From a phage: a stretch of 44,717 nt of DNA. Below the pieces are notes generated by a model. The model was not told the DNA's origin. It did no database searches and was given only the letters and a program-made list of their open reading frames with translations. The stretch lies in the NCBI GenBank assembly GCA_036609835.1, contig GCA_036609835.1_4358.1. The stretch is one strand, 5' to 3'. How positions within the stretch are numbered: the first letter of the stretch is position 1; each line of letters begins with the position of its first letter. The position numbers and the translations under genes are program-made. This document shows, in pieces, positions 34,832-43,164 of the stretch.

Positions 34832-36069
34832 TTTTAAAGGAACGTGGGGGCAATAACGATGTGCATGCCTTACTGTCGCCGTCAGGTGCTAAAAAATGGC
34901 TGTCATGCGCTGCATCACTGGCATGTGAGAAAGATATCCCTAACACGTCTGGTAAAGCCGCTGTATTAGGAACCGCCATGCACACCATAGCTGAGGTCCA
35001 TCTCAACGCCTATATACGCGGCACTGCGTTGCCGTTGGAGCGTGAAGTCGGCGCTTACGTACTGGATGAAGGCAAAGGTCAGATTAAGGCGCTAATCAGC
35101 CCGATGAAAGGCGCGGTACTGATTACGGCGGACATGATTGAGCAGGTGCGCAAGTACACCGACTACTGCAAAGCGATTATAGATGTAGCGACTTACGCCA
35201 AGCTGGAAATGCGTGTTAATCTTACTGAGGTATTGCATCCGGGGTATGAAGGCGTTGAGACGTTCGGAACCGCTGACCTCGTTGCTGTCCAGGAACTGGC
35301 AAACACCGACGAGCACATGCTCATTATCGGCGACCTGAAAACCGGGCGGCATCGCGTCGAAGCGAAAGAAAACAAGCAGCTTATGCTTTACGCTCTCGGT
35401 GTTTATCGTCGACTCAAGAGACGTTATAACATAACAACCGTTCGTCTGGTCATCTTCCAGCCTTACGCTGGGGGTGCGACAGAGTGGGACATCTCGGTTG
35501 AAGGACTGGAACTGTTCGCTAAGTTCGCGCAGAAACGCGCGCTGTTAGCGCTTGATGCGTATTTCCGTGGCAAGAAGAACCTGAAAGCGTCGGACTTCAA
35601 GCCATCGGTAGATGGTTGTCAGTGGTGCCGGTTCTCTGAACAATGCGCTGCGCGTACAAAGACGGTTAATTCTGTACTGGCGGAAGAACTGGAAGACGAC
35701 TTTGTGCTGGAACTGACGCCGGAGCAACTCGTAGCTGAGTATGAGAAGTTGCCGCTGTTGCGCCAGCACATCGACAAGGTTGAGAAAGCTATGGCGGCCG
35801 CGTTGCATTCAGGTAAGAAAGTTCCTGGTTACAAGTTGGTTGAAGGCCGCCCGGGTAATCGCGCATGGAAGGATACCGATGCGGTATTCGAAAAGTACGG
35901 TACTATGCTGCAAAAGGTAGTTCTCATGACGCCGACCGAAGCTGTTAAAGTTATACCGGAAGAAGAACTGAAAGACTTTATTACTCGTAACCCCGGCGCG
36001 CCATGTGTTGCAACGGCAGACGACAAGCGTCCTGAGTGGAATCAGGTAACAGAGGAGGATTTAGAATGA
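34828..36069 (+). CDS. PD-(D/E)XK nuclease (DUF2800/Cas4-like), about 414 aa
   Basis: ATG 34828 (ATGA overlap); N-terminal HALLSPSGAKKWLSCAAS; internal D..E.K-type nuclease residues (IGDLKTGRH). Confidence 0.6.
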   Translation: MILKERGGNNDVHALLSPSGAKKWLSCAASLACEKDIPNTSGKAAVLGTAMHTIAEVHLNAYIRGTALPLEREVGAYVLDEGKGQIKALISPMKGAVLITADMIEQVRKYTDYCKAIIDVATYAKLEMRVNLTEVLHPGYEGVETFGTADLVAVQELANTDEHMLIIGDLKTGRHRVEAKENKQLMLYALGVYRRLKRRYNITTVRLVIFQPYAGGATEWDISVEGLELFAKFAQKRALLALDAYFRGKKNLKASDFKPSVDGCQWCRFSEQCAARTKTVNSVLAEELEDDFVLELTPEQLVAEYEKLPLLRQHIDKVEKAMAAALHSGKKVPGYKLVEGRPGNRAWKDTDAVFEKYGTMLQKVVLMTPTEAVKVIPEEELKDFITRNPGAPCVATADDKRPEWNQVTEEDLE

Positions 36070-36317
36070 TTCGTAAAATGTTCAGAGTAATTGGCGGTTT
36101 TGTGGCGTGTATTGTTTTCTGGGTTCTTATGCTACCCCTAACGCTACCAACATTTATCTTAATGTGTATTACGGTATGTATAGCGCAAACTCGCGACATA
36201 GAAGCCATCCTGAGTGATAAATCGTGGAAGACACAGGCGCTTCGATTCATAAACAGCATGAAATGGCCTAACAAATATATCGAGATAGTTGAGAAAATAA
36301 CTGGCTGGAAGGGTTGA
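36066..36317 (+). CDS. Small membrane protein, 83 aa
   Basis: ATG 36066 (ATGA overlap); two hydrophobic helices. Confidence 0.45.
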   Translation: MIRKMFRVIGGFVACIVFWVLMLPLTLPTFILMCITVCIAQTRDIEAILSDKSWKTQALRFINSMKWPNKYIEIVEKITGWKG

Positions 36318-36342
36318 CACCTGAATAGTTAGCTATTATAGT
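36314..36342 (+). promoter_or_regulatory. Promoter TTGACA-N17-TATAGT with AATAG-N4-CTATT palindrome, upstream of the SSB gene
   Basis: ttgacacctgaatagttagctattatagt. Confidence 0.6.
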
Positions 36343-36410
36343 TCTAATCACTGGCCGGGCAGCTTCCCGGAGTAAACTTTGAAATATAAACTGAAAAGCG
36401 AGAAATCACG

Positions 36411-37040
36411 ATGGGTATTAAACTGAATCTGCGTAAAGTAAACACTGCATGGGTTAACGTATTCGAACGAGCTGCCGACTCTGAGGACAAGAAAACCGGT
36501 AAACTGATTAAGGGCAAATATCAGGTTACGGTTCTTATGCAGCCTGACCACCCTCAAATCGACGCGCTTTACGACACCGCGCTGGAAGTTGTAACGGAGG
36601 CAATCGGGACCGCTGCTGCTGAAAAATGGATGAAAGCCAACTACGGAGTAGACCACCACGCAGACAAATGCTGCGTACGCGACCTGGCAATGCGTGACAA
36701 TCCGATTGAGGATTTTGAAGAAGGTTTGTATTTCCGTGCTACTAACAACCGCCAACCGGTGATTATGACATCGGCTAAAGGTGAAAAACAAGCAGAGCCT
36801 GATTTCAACATCGACGGGAAGGAAATAGAAGGCGAGCAGGTATATAGCGGATGTGTCGCAAACGTATCTGTAGAGCTATGGTGGCACAAAGATTGGAAAA
36901 ACCTGTGCGCTACCATCCTCGGCATCAAGTATATGGGCGAAGGTAAACGCTTCGGCGGCTCCAGTGTAGTAGCGAGCACCGACGACCTGGAAGACGACGA
37001 AGAAGATGAAGCACCGCGCCGCGAACGTCGCCGCCGCTAA
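36411..37040 (+). CDS. Single-stranded DNA-binding protein (DUF2815-like), 209 aa
   Basis: N-terminal LRKVNTAWVNVFERA; acidic C-terminal tail DDLEDDEEDEAP typical of SSBs. Confidence 0.6.
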   Translation: MGIKLNLRKVNTAWVNVFERAADSEDKKTGKLIKGKYQVTVLMQPDHPQIDALYDTALEVVTEAIGTAAAEKWMKANYGVDHHADKCCVRDLAMRDNPIEDFEEGLYFRATNNRQPVIMTSAKGEKQAEPDFNIDGKEIEGEQVYSGCVANVSVELWWHKDWKNLCATILGIKYMGEGKRFGGSSVVASTDDLEDDEEDEAPRRERRRR

Positions 37041-37055
37041 TATCTGAATCAATTT

Positions 37056-37084
37056 AACTAAGGCCCTTCATTGGGCCTTTTTAC
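37056..37084 (+). terminator. Rho-independent terminator after SSB gene
   Basis: aaggcccttcattgggcctttttac. Confidence 0.65.
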
Positions 37085-37096
37085 TAAGGGTCGAAA

Positions 37097-37255
37097 ATGA
37101 TGTTTTTCTGTAAGCACGTATACCGATATATGAAGTCACTTCCGTGGTACGCGGATGAGTACCGTGCCGGGTACAGGCATGTGTGGATTTGCCGTGATTG
37201 TATGAAAATAAGACTCAGCGAAACTAAGGCACTGGATTTAAGGAAAAAGAAATGA
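37097..37255 (+). CDS. Small Cys/His protein, 52 aa (not in ORF track), coupled to DNA polymerase
   Basis: Stop overlaps polymerase ATG (ATGA); weak RBS. Confidence 0.25.
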   Translation: MMFFCKHVYRYMKSLPWYADEYRAGYRHVWICRDCMKIRLSETKALDLRKKK

Positions 37256-39432
37256 GCTACTTATACCTGGACTTTGAAACATTCTCCGAAGCCGATTTAA
37301 AGAAAGTCGGTTCCTATGCTTACGCCGAGCATCCGACTACAGAAGTGCTCATCTGTACCTATGCTTTTGATGACGAGCCTGTACAGGTATGGGATTGCAC
37401 CGACGGCAGCGACATGCCGGGGGATTTGCACCGCGCACTGCGCCGCCTTGTTAAGCCCAACAGCCGCATCAAGATGGTGTGGCACAACGGTGGACTTTTC
37501 GATCGCCTAATCATGAAACACTGCTGGGGCTTTGATATTCCGGTAAGTAACACCATTGATACTATGATTTGGGCGTTCCGTCACGCGCTGCCGGGTTCTC
37601 TTGATGCGCTGTGCGAAGTGCTGGGCGTGTCTGCAGACAACGCGAAAGATAAACGCGGCAAGGCTCTGATTAAGCGTTTCTCTAAACCGACGCCGAAGAA
37701 CTACAAAATCCGCCGCTACACCGCAGAAACTCACCCTGACGAGTGGGCGATGTTCATCGGGTACGCCGTGCGCGACATCACTGCGATGCGTGAAGTCTTC
37801 CATAAGCTGCCGCGTTGGGGTAACTCCGAGTTCGAAGACCGTGTACTGGAACTTGACCAGTTAATCAACGACCGCGGATTTAAGGTTGACGTCGCACTGG
37901 CGGAAGCCGCGATTGAAGCCGTAGAGAAGCACAAGGCACAGTTACAGGAAGAAGCTCAACGTAAATACGGCGGCTCGCTTACCGGTAAAGACTTCCTTCC
38001 GATTCTGCGTGAACTTGCGCCCGCGCACCGCATACACAATGCACAGAAGTCGACGCTTAACGACCTGTTGGCAGATGATGATTTACCGGACGACGCCCGG
38101 ATGATTATCGAAATGCGCCTCGGGGCCGCGTCAACAGCGTCCACGAAATATAACCCGCTGCTGTTAGGCCGCTCGTCGGACGACCGACGCCGCGGTTGTA
38201 TCCAGTACGGTGGGGCAAAGCGTACGTTACGGTTCGCGGGTAAAGGCTTCCAGCCACAGAACCTGGCGCGTGGGTACTATCACGATGATGAACTGGATAA
38301 AGGCATTTCAGCGTTACTTAAGGGCCGGGCGCACCGCCGATTTGACGTAGCCAAGCTGACGGCATCTACCGTTCGTAGCTGCATTATACCGGAAGCTGGG
38401 CATAAGTTTGTCGTCGCCGATTACTCTAACGTTGAGGGTCGCGGGCTTGCGTGGCTGGCAGGCGAAGAAACCGCGCTAGATACGTTCCGCGCCGGACTGG
38501 ATATTTACTGCGTAACAGCAGGTAAGATGTTTGGCATGGAGCCGGATTACATTAAGAAAGAACGTAAAGACTTACGCCAGATTGGTAAAGCCTGCGAATT
38601 GGGCCTCGGATACGCGGGCGGTGTCGGTGCTTTCGTTCAGTTCGCCAAGAACCTCGGCCTTGACCTTGTAGATATGGCAAAAACAATGGATGGGACTTTC
38701 CCTGACCACATCTGGGCCGCTACCGCGCGCGGGTACGAGTGGGCGCGTATTCAGGAAGCCAAGCGACCACCGCGTCCGGGTGAAAAGGATGACCGACCAT
38801 CATATATTCTTGATAAGAAAGTCTGGCGTACATGCGACGCAATTAAGCGTATGTGGCGGGAGTCCCACCCGGAAACAGTAGCTTTCTGGCGTGATATTGA
38901 AGACGCAGCTATGGCAGCAATCCGTAATCCGGGGAAAGAGTTCACCGCTGGCCCTCGCGGGGTTAAGTTTTCTCGCAACGTAGAAACAGACAACAACGGC
39001 AACAAAGTCGCTGGTTGGTGGTTGCGCATGACGTTGCCGTCAGGTCGCGTTATGTCATACCCGGGCGTCGGGTTGAGCGTGTCAAAAGAGACAGACGAAG
39101 ACGGAAAAGTTTCTACTAACGTGCGCATCAAGTATCAGGGTGAAAATCAGTTAACCAGGCAGTGGGGCTTCCAGTACACCTACTCCGGTAAACTGGTGGA
39201 AAACTGCACTCAGGCGCTGTGCCGTGATTTGCTGGCTAACGCCCTGCTGAACGTAGAGGCAAACGGCTACCCTATTGTGCTTCATGTACACGATGAGATT
39301 ATCTGCGAGACACCTGATTTACCGGAATACAATGTTGCAGAGCTTGAGCGGTTGATGTGTGAATTACCGGAATGGGCGGAGGGGTTCCCTCTTGTGGCGG
39401 AAGGTGCGGAGATGAAGCGCTATGCTAAGTAA
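37252..39432 (+). CDS. Family A DNA polymerase with N-terminal 3'-5' exonuclease domain, 726 aa
   Basis: Exo motif LDFETFS; polymerase motifs VVADYSNVEGR, RQIGKACELGLGYAGG, LHVHDEI. Confidence 0.8.
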   Translation: MSYLYLDFETFSEADLKKVGSYAYAEHPTTEVLICTYAFDDEPVQVWDCTDGSDMPGDLHRALRRLVKPNSRIKMVWHNGGLFDRLIMKHCWGFDIPVSNTIDTMIWAFRHALPGSLDALCEVLGVSADNAKDKRGKALIKRFSKPTPKNYKIRRYTAETHPDEWAMFIGYAVRDITAMREVFHKLPRWGNSEFEDRVLELDQLINDRGFKVDVALAEAAIEAVEKHKAQLQEEAQRKYGGSLTGKDFLPILRELAPAHRIHNAQKSTLNDLLADDDLPDDARMIIEMRLGAASTASTKYNPLLLGRSSDDRRRGCIQYGGAKRTLRFAGKGFQPQNLARGYYHDDELDKGISALLKGRAHRRFDVAKLTASTVRSCIIPEAGHKFVVADYSNVEGRGLAWLAGEETALDTFRAGLDIYCVTAGKMFGMEPDYIKKERKDLRQIGKACELGLGYAGGVGAFVQFAKNLGLDLVDMAKTMDGTFPDHIWAATARGYEWARIQEAKRPPRPGEKDDRPSYILDKKVWRTCDAIKRMWRESHPETVAFWRDIEDAAMAAIRNPGKEFTAGPRGVKFSRNVETDNNGNKVAGWWLRMTLPSGRVMSYPGVGLSVSKETDEDGKVSTNVRIKYQGENQLTRQWGFQYTYSGKLVENCTQALCRDLLANALLNVEANGYPIVLHVHDEIICETPDLPEYNVAELERLMCELPEWAEGFPLVAEGAEMKRYAK

Positions 39433-39634
39433 ACTGATTATCGCGGTACTGGCGGGATTCGCCGCCGGTGTCTACTGCCACGAGGGCCAATACGGCATGA
39501 TGGTCGCCGTATTAGGTATGTTCATCGCAATTTATCTGTGGGTGCCGGAATGAAAATTTACTGGTTTTATGAGGAAGACTGCCGAATCTGTCCGCGCTGC
39601 GGTATTGAGCATACGAAACGTGAGGGGTGTATAG

Positions 39635-39922
39635 ATGAGTACGCCTGAGGGGCGCATACAGAAATACGCAAAAGAGCGATTCGAGGCCATCGGGGGCCTC
39701 GTCCGTAAACTGTCTTATGAGGGGCGCTCCGGCGCTCCCGACCTGCTGGTAATTCTCCCGGGCGGCATCGTCTGGTTCGTCGAGGTGAAGAAAGACGAAA
39801 GCACGAAGCCTGACCCACACCAGTTACGAGAGCATGAGCGGATGCGTAAACGTGGTGCGAATGTTTTTGTCGTCGGGTCGTTCAAACAGGTTGACGACCT
39901 AATAGCGAACTATTATAGTTAG
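39635..39922 (+). CDS. VRR-NUC domain nuclease, 95 aa
   Basis: GAPDLLVILPGGIVWFVEVKKDE carries the D...E.K core. Confidence 0.6.
   Translation: MSTPEGRIQKYAKERFEAIGGLVRKLSYEGRSGAPDLLVILPGGIVWFVEVKKDESTKPDPHQLREHERMRKRGANVFVVGSFKQVDDLIANYYS
39887..39915 (+). promoter_or_regulatory. Promoter TTGACG-N17-TATAGT with AACTAT/ATAGTT palindrome, inside the 3' end of the VRR-NUC gene
   Basis: ttgacgacctaatagcgaactattatagt; downstream tagttagccctacacc matches the 33488 promoter. Confidence 0.5.
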
Positions 39923-39952
39923 CCCTACACCAACAATATAAGGAATTGATAG

Positions 39953-40144
39953 ATGAAATACGAATATGACCGTAAACCAGCCCGCGACATCGTACCTGGC
40001 GACATGATTTTCAACGTTAAGACCCGCCGCCCTGTTGCCGTTGATACGGTATTCGTCGAGTCAAACGGTAAACTGGTTATCGAAGATGTAACCGGTAACG
40101 TTACGGCATTCGGGCGTAAAGAGTTAGTTCTGGTGGCGAAATGA
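39953..40144 (+). CDS. Hypothetical protein, 63 aa
   Basis: AAGGAAT RBS; ATGA-coupled to methyltransferase gene. Confidence 0.45.
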   Translation: MKYEYDRKPARDIVPGDMIFNVKTRRPVAVDTVFVESNGKLVIEDVTGNVTAFGRKELVLVAK

Positions 40145-41100
40145 ACTATTACAACGAATGGGATAAAGGCGCAGCCGCGTGGCTGCGTGAACTAATAAAA
40201 CAGGGTCATATACCTTTTGGAGTTGTAGATGAAAGAAGCATTACCGAAGTTAAGCCAGAAGACCTCGACGGGTTCACCCAGTGTCATTTTTTCGCTGGTA
40301 TCGGCGGCTGGCCTCTCGCGCTCAGACTTGCGGGAGTTTCGGAAGATACGCCTATCTGGACGGGAAGCCCGCCTTGCCAACCGTTTAGCGCGGCAGGAAA
40401 GCAACTCGGACAGTTCGACCCGAGACACCTCGCACCTGTGTTCCTCGACCTCATCAGCGAGTGCCACCCTCCAGTCCTCTTTGGGGAACAGGTTGCGCCA
40501 GCAATTGCAAAATCGTGGATGTGCGATTTACAAACTCACCTGGAAGGAGAAGACTACGCCGTCGGGTTTGCCGTACTCCCAGCTTGTAGCGTCGGCGCAC
40601 CGCACAAACGCGACAGACTGTTCTTTGGCGCACACCAATTGGCCTACACCGACAGCGAACGACTTCAAAGGCAGCGGGGTGACAGTGATACGCAAGGATG
40701 GGAAGGACAGAACCTTCGACCGTCTGGATTATGCTACGGAACAGGGTTTGATGGCGGCGTGGCAAACGCCGAAGGCAATGGACGGGGTGTTTGCGACACC
40801 CCGAACCAGTGGGAGGCCGATGCATCGGGCTACGCATCTGCAAACGCAGGCCATAGCGCAACTAACAGACAACAGCGACTTACCGCCGGTGGCGAAGCCG
40901 ACCCGCATCACAGCTTCTGGTCAGATGCTGACTGGCTCGGATGCAGGGATGGAAAGTTCCGGCCAGTTGAACCCAGCACATTCCCGCTGGCTAATGGGAT
41001 ACCCGCCAGAGTGGGACGATTGCGCGGTTACGGCAATGCCATCGTCCCGCAAGTAGCCGCTGAATTTATAAAGGCATTCATGGGGGCGGTAAATGAGTAA
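40141..41100 (+). CDS. DNA (cytosine-5) methyltransferase; annotated frame (319 aa) appears discontinuous, with the middle segment reading better in the +1 frame (ORF 40229..41056)
   Basis: Frame 1: FFAGIGG (I), [13 protein letters not shown] (IV), FGEQV (VI-like), PHKRDRLFF (VIII), [12 protein letters not shown] (X). Frame 2 over 40640-41020: [28 protein letters not shown]. Confidence 0.6.
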   Translation: MNYYNEWDKGAAAWLRELIKQGHIPFGVVDERSITEVKPEDLDGFTQCHFFAGIGGWPLALRLAGVSEDTPIWTGSPPCQPFSAAGKQLGQFDPRHLAPVFLDLISECHPPVLFGEQVAPAIAKSWMCDLQTHLEGEDYAVGFAVLPACSVGAPHKRDRLFFGAHQLAYTDSERLQRQRGDSDTQGWEGQNLRPSGLCYGTGFDGGVANAEGNGRGVCDTPNQWEADASGYASANAGHSATNRQQRLTAGGEADPHHSFWSDADWLGCRDGKFRPVEPSTFPLANGIPARVGRLRGYGNAIVPQVAAEFIKAFMGAVNE

Positions 41101-42517
41101 GTTTCAAAGGCGCGAATACCAGAAGCTCATGACTTCGTTTATGCTGCAACACCCGCGCTGTAATATATGGTGCGGAATGGGGGGAGGTAAAACCTCCTCC
41201 ACTATGTGGGTGCTCAACCGCCTGTTCCGCAACGGGCAGCTTACGGAAGAGGACCGCGTGTTAATCCTTGCCCCGTTACGTGTTGCGTCCGGTACGTGGC
41301 CCGCTGAACAAGAGAAATGGCAATTCCCTTGTCTGCGTGTCGTAGATGCAACTGGTTCGGAGAAGCGCCGCATCGCAGCGCTGGAGTCAGATGCTAACGT
41401 GGTGTGCACTAACTACGAAGTTATCGAGTGGCTAATTGACTACTACGGCAAAGACGACTGGCCTTTTACGGTTATCGTTGCCGATGAAAGCACGAAGCTT
41501 AAATCGTTCCGCAGCCGTTCGGGTGGTAGCAAGCGGGCAAAGGCGCTCAGCAAGGTTGCGTTCGGAAAGGTTAAGCGTTTCATCAACCTGACAGGCACAC
41601 CGTCACCAAACGGCCTCAAAGACTTGTGGGGTCAGAACTGGTTTATCGACGCTGGCGAGCGCCTCGGCTCTTCGTACACAGCATTCACCGACCGCTGGTT
41701 TAACTCGGTACAGAAAGGTAAATCGGCTATGGCCCGCGAGTATCATGCACGACCGGGTGCGGATAATGAGATTCATCAGAAGATGAAAGACATCAGCCTG
41801 ACCATAGACCCTGCCGAGTGGTTTGGTTGTGAAGCGCCTGTTATCGTACCGGTGGAAATAGACCTGCCGAAGAAAGCGCGTCAGGCGTACATAGATATGG
41901 AGGAGAAGTTATTCGCAGAACTGGAGAGCGGGGAAGTTGAAGCGGCTAACGCTGCGGCGAAGACCTCAAAGTGCTTGCAGATTGCATCTGGTGCTGTATA
42001 TGTATCCGGGCCAGACGGCGAAGCAACCAAAGAATGGGAGAAAGTGCACGACACGAAACTGGATGCGCTGGCGTCCATTGTCGAGGAGTTACAGGGTGCG
42101 CCGTTACTGGTAGCCTATCAGTTTAAACACGAACTGGAGCGTATCCTTAAGCGATTCCCACAGGCACAGGCGTTCGCCAAAGGCGCTAGGGGGAACAAGC
42201 AGATGGAAGCGTGGAACCGTGGGGAAATACCTATGCTCCTGATACACCCAGCCTCCGCGGGCCACGGGCTGTCGCTACAACACGGCGGGCACCACATGGC
42301 CTTTATGAGTCAGGGGTGGAACCTGGAACATTATCTGCAGGTTATCGAACGCATAGGTCCTGTAAGGCAGATGCAATCTGGGTACAAACGGTCAGTATTC
42401 ATTTATCAAATAATAGCCCGAGATACTCTTGATGAAGTTGTCGCCACGCGTACAGATGAGAAAAGGTCTGTACAGGACGAACTACTTAATTATATGAAAC
42501 GTAGGAGTAAGAAATGA
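41093..42517 (+). CDS. SNF2-family helicase/ATPase, 474 aa
   Basis: Walker A CGMGGGKTSS, DEXH-like VIVADESTKLK, NLTGTPSPNGL; ATGAGTAA overlap with methyltransferase stop. Confidence 0.7.
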   Translation: MSKFQRREYQKLMTSFMLQHPRCNIWCGMGGGKTSSTMWVLNRLFRNGQLTEEDRVLILAPLRVASGTWPAEQEKWQFPCLRVVDATGSEKRRIAALESDANVVCTNYEVIEWLIDYYGKDDWPFTVIVADESTKLKSFRSRSGGSKRAKALSKVAFGKVKRFINLTGTPSPNGLKDLWGQNWFIDAGERLGSSYTAFTDRWFNSVQKGKSAMAREYHARPGADNEIHQKMKDISLTIDPAEWFGCEAPVIVPVEIDLPKKARQAYIDMEEKLFAELESGEVEAANAAAKTSKCLQIASGAVYVSGPDGEATKEWEKVHDTKLDALASIVEELQGAPLLVAYQFKHELERILKRFPQAQAFAKGARGNKQMEAWNRGEIPMLLIHPASAGHGLSLQHGGHHMAFMSQGWNLEHYLQVIERIGPVRQMQSGYKRSVFIYQIIARDTLDEVVATRTDEKRSVQDELLNYMKRRSKK

Positions 42518-42999
42518 GCAAGGTATCATACGACCCTGAAACCGGTATTTTCACATGGGTCGAAACAAAACGTAGGGGTTTTGTTGGAAAGAAAGCCGGA
42601 TGTTTTTGTCCGCGGGAGGGGTACATTCGTATCCGAATAAACGGAAAACTAGAACTAGCACATCGGTTAGCATGGGACATATGCAATCCAGATAACCCAC
42701 TTACCCCACAGGAACAGATAGACCATATCAATCACATTCGAACCGATAACCGAATATGCAACCTGCGGAAAGTTACCAACACTGAAAATAGCCGCAACGC
42801 ATCGATAGGGGTAAACAATACTAGCGGCGCTCTTGGTGTATGGCGGGAAAAGAGAAGAAACAAATGGGTAGCAGAGATAAAAGTCGACAGAAGAAAAATA
42901 CATCTAGGACAGTTTGATGATTTTGGAGAAGCTGTTGCCGCGCGTAAAGCCGCGGAAGCTGCTTACGGATTTCATAAAAACCACGGAGAAACCGCGTGA
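42514..42999 (+). CDS. HNH homing endonuclease with AP2-type DNA-binding domain, 161 aa
   Basis: IDHINHIRTDNRICNLRKVTNTEN (HNH) and GVWREKRRNKWVAEIKVDRRKIHLGQFDDFGEAVAARKAA (AP2-like); locally AT-rich. Confidence 0.7.
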   Translation: MSKVSYDPETGIFTWVETKRRGFVGKKAGCFCPREGYIRIRINGKLELAHRLAWDICNPDNPLTPQEQIDHINHIRTDNRICNLRKVTNTENSRNASIGVNNTSGALGVWREKRRNKWVAEIKVDRRKIHLGQFDDFGEAVAARKAAEAAYGFHKNHGETA

Positions 43000-43135
43000 A
43001 CATCATAGCCCCGATTCCGGCATTGCAAAAACGTATCAAGGAACTCGAAGAAGAGGTTCTGCGGCTACGTCAGCAAAGAGACGCCGCTAATGCGCAACTG
43101 GCGTTTGTACTGGAGAAGTTATCAGAAGAGTAGAG

Positions 43136-43164
43136 AAAAGGCCCCGTTTGGGGCCTTAGTTTTA
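43136..43164. terminator. Bidirectional rho-independent terminator between convergent HNH and tailspike genes
   Basis: aaaaggccccgtttggggccttagtttt. Confidence 0.7.

Noticed and set aside
39425-39634. Two tiny ORFs (43 aa membrane-like, 31 aa CxxCxxC) between DNA polymerase and VRR-NUC
   Set aside because: Too short, overlapping flanking genes and without convincing RBS; cannot be distinguished from chance ORFs without expression data.
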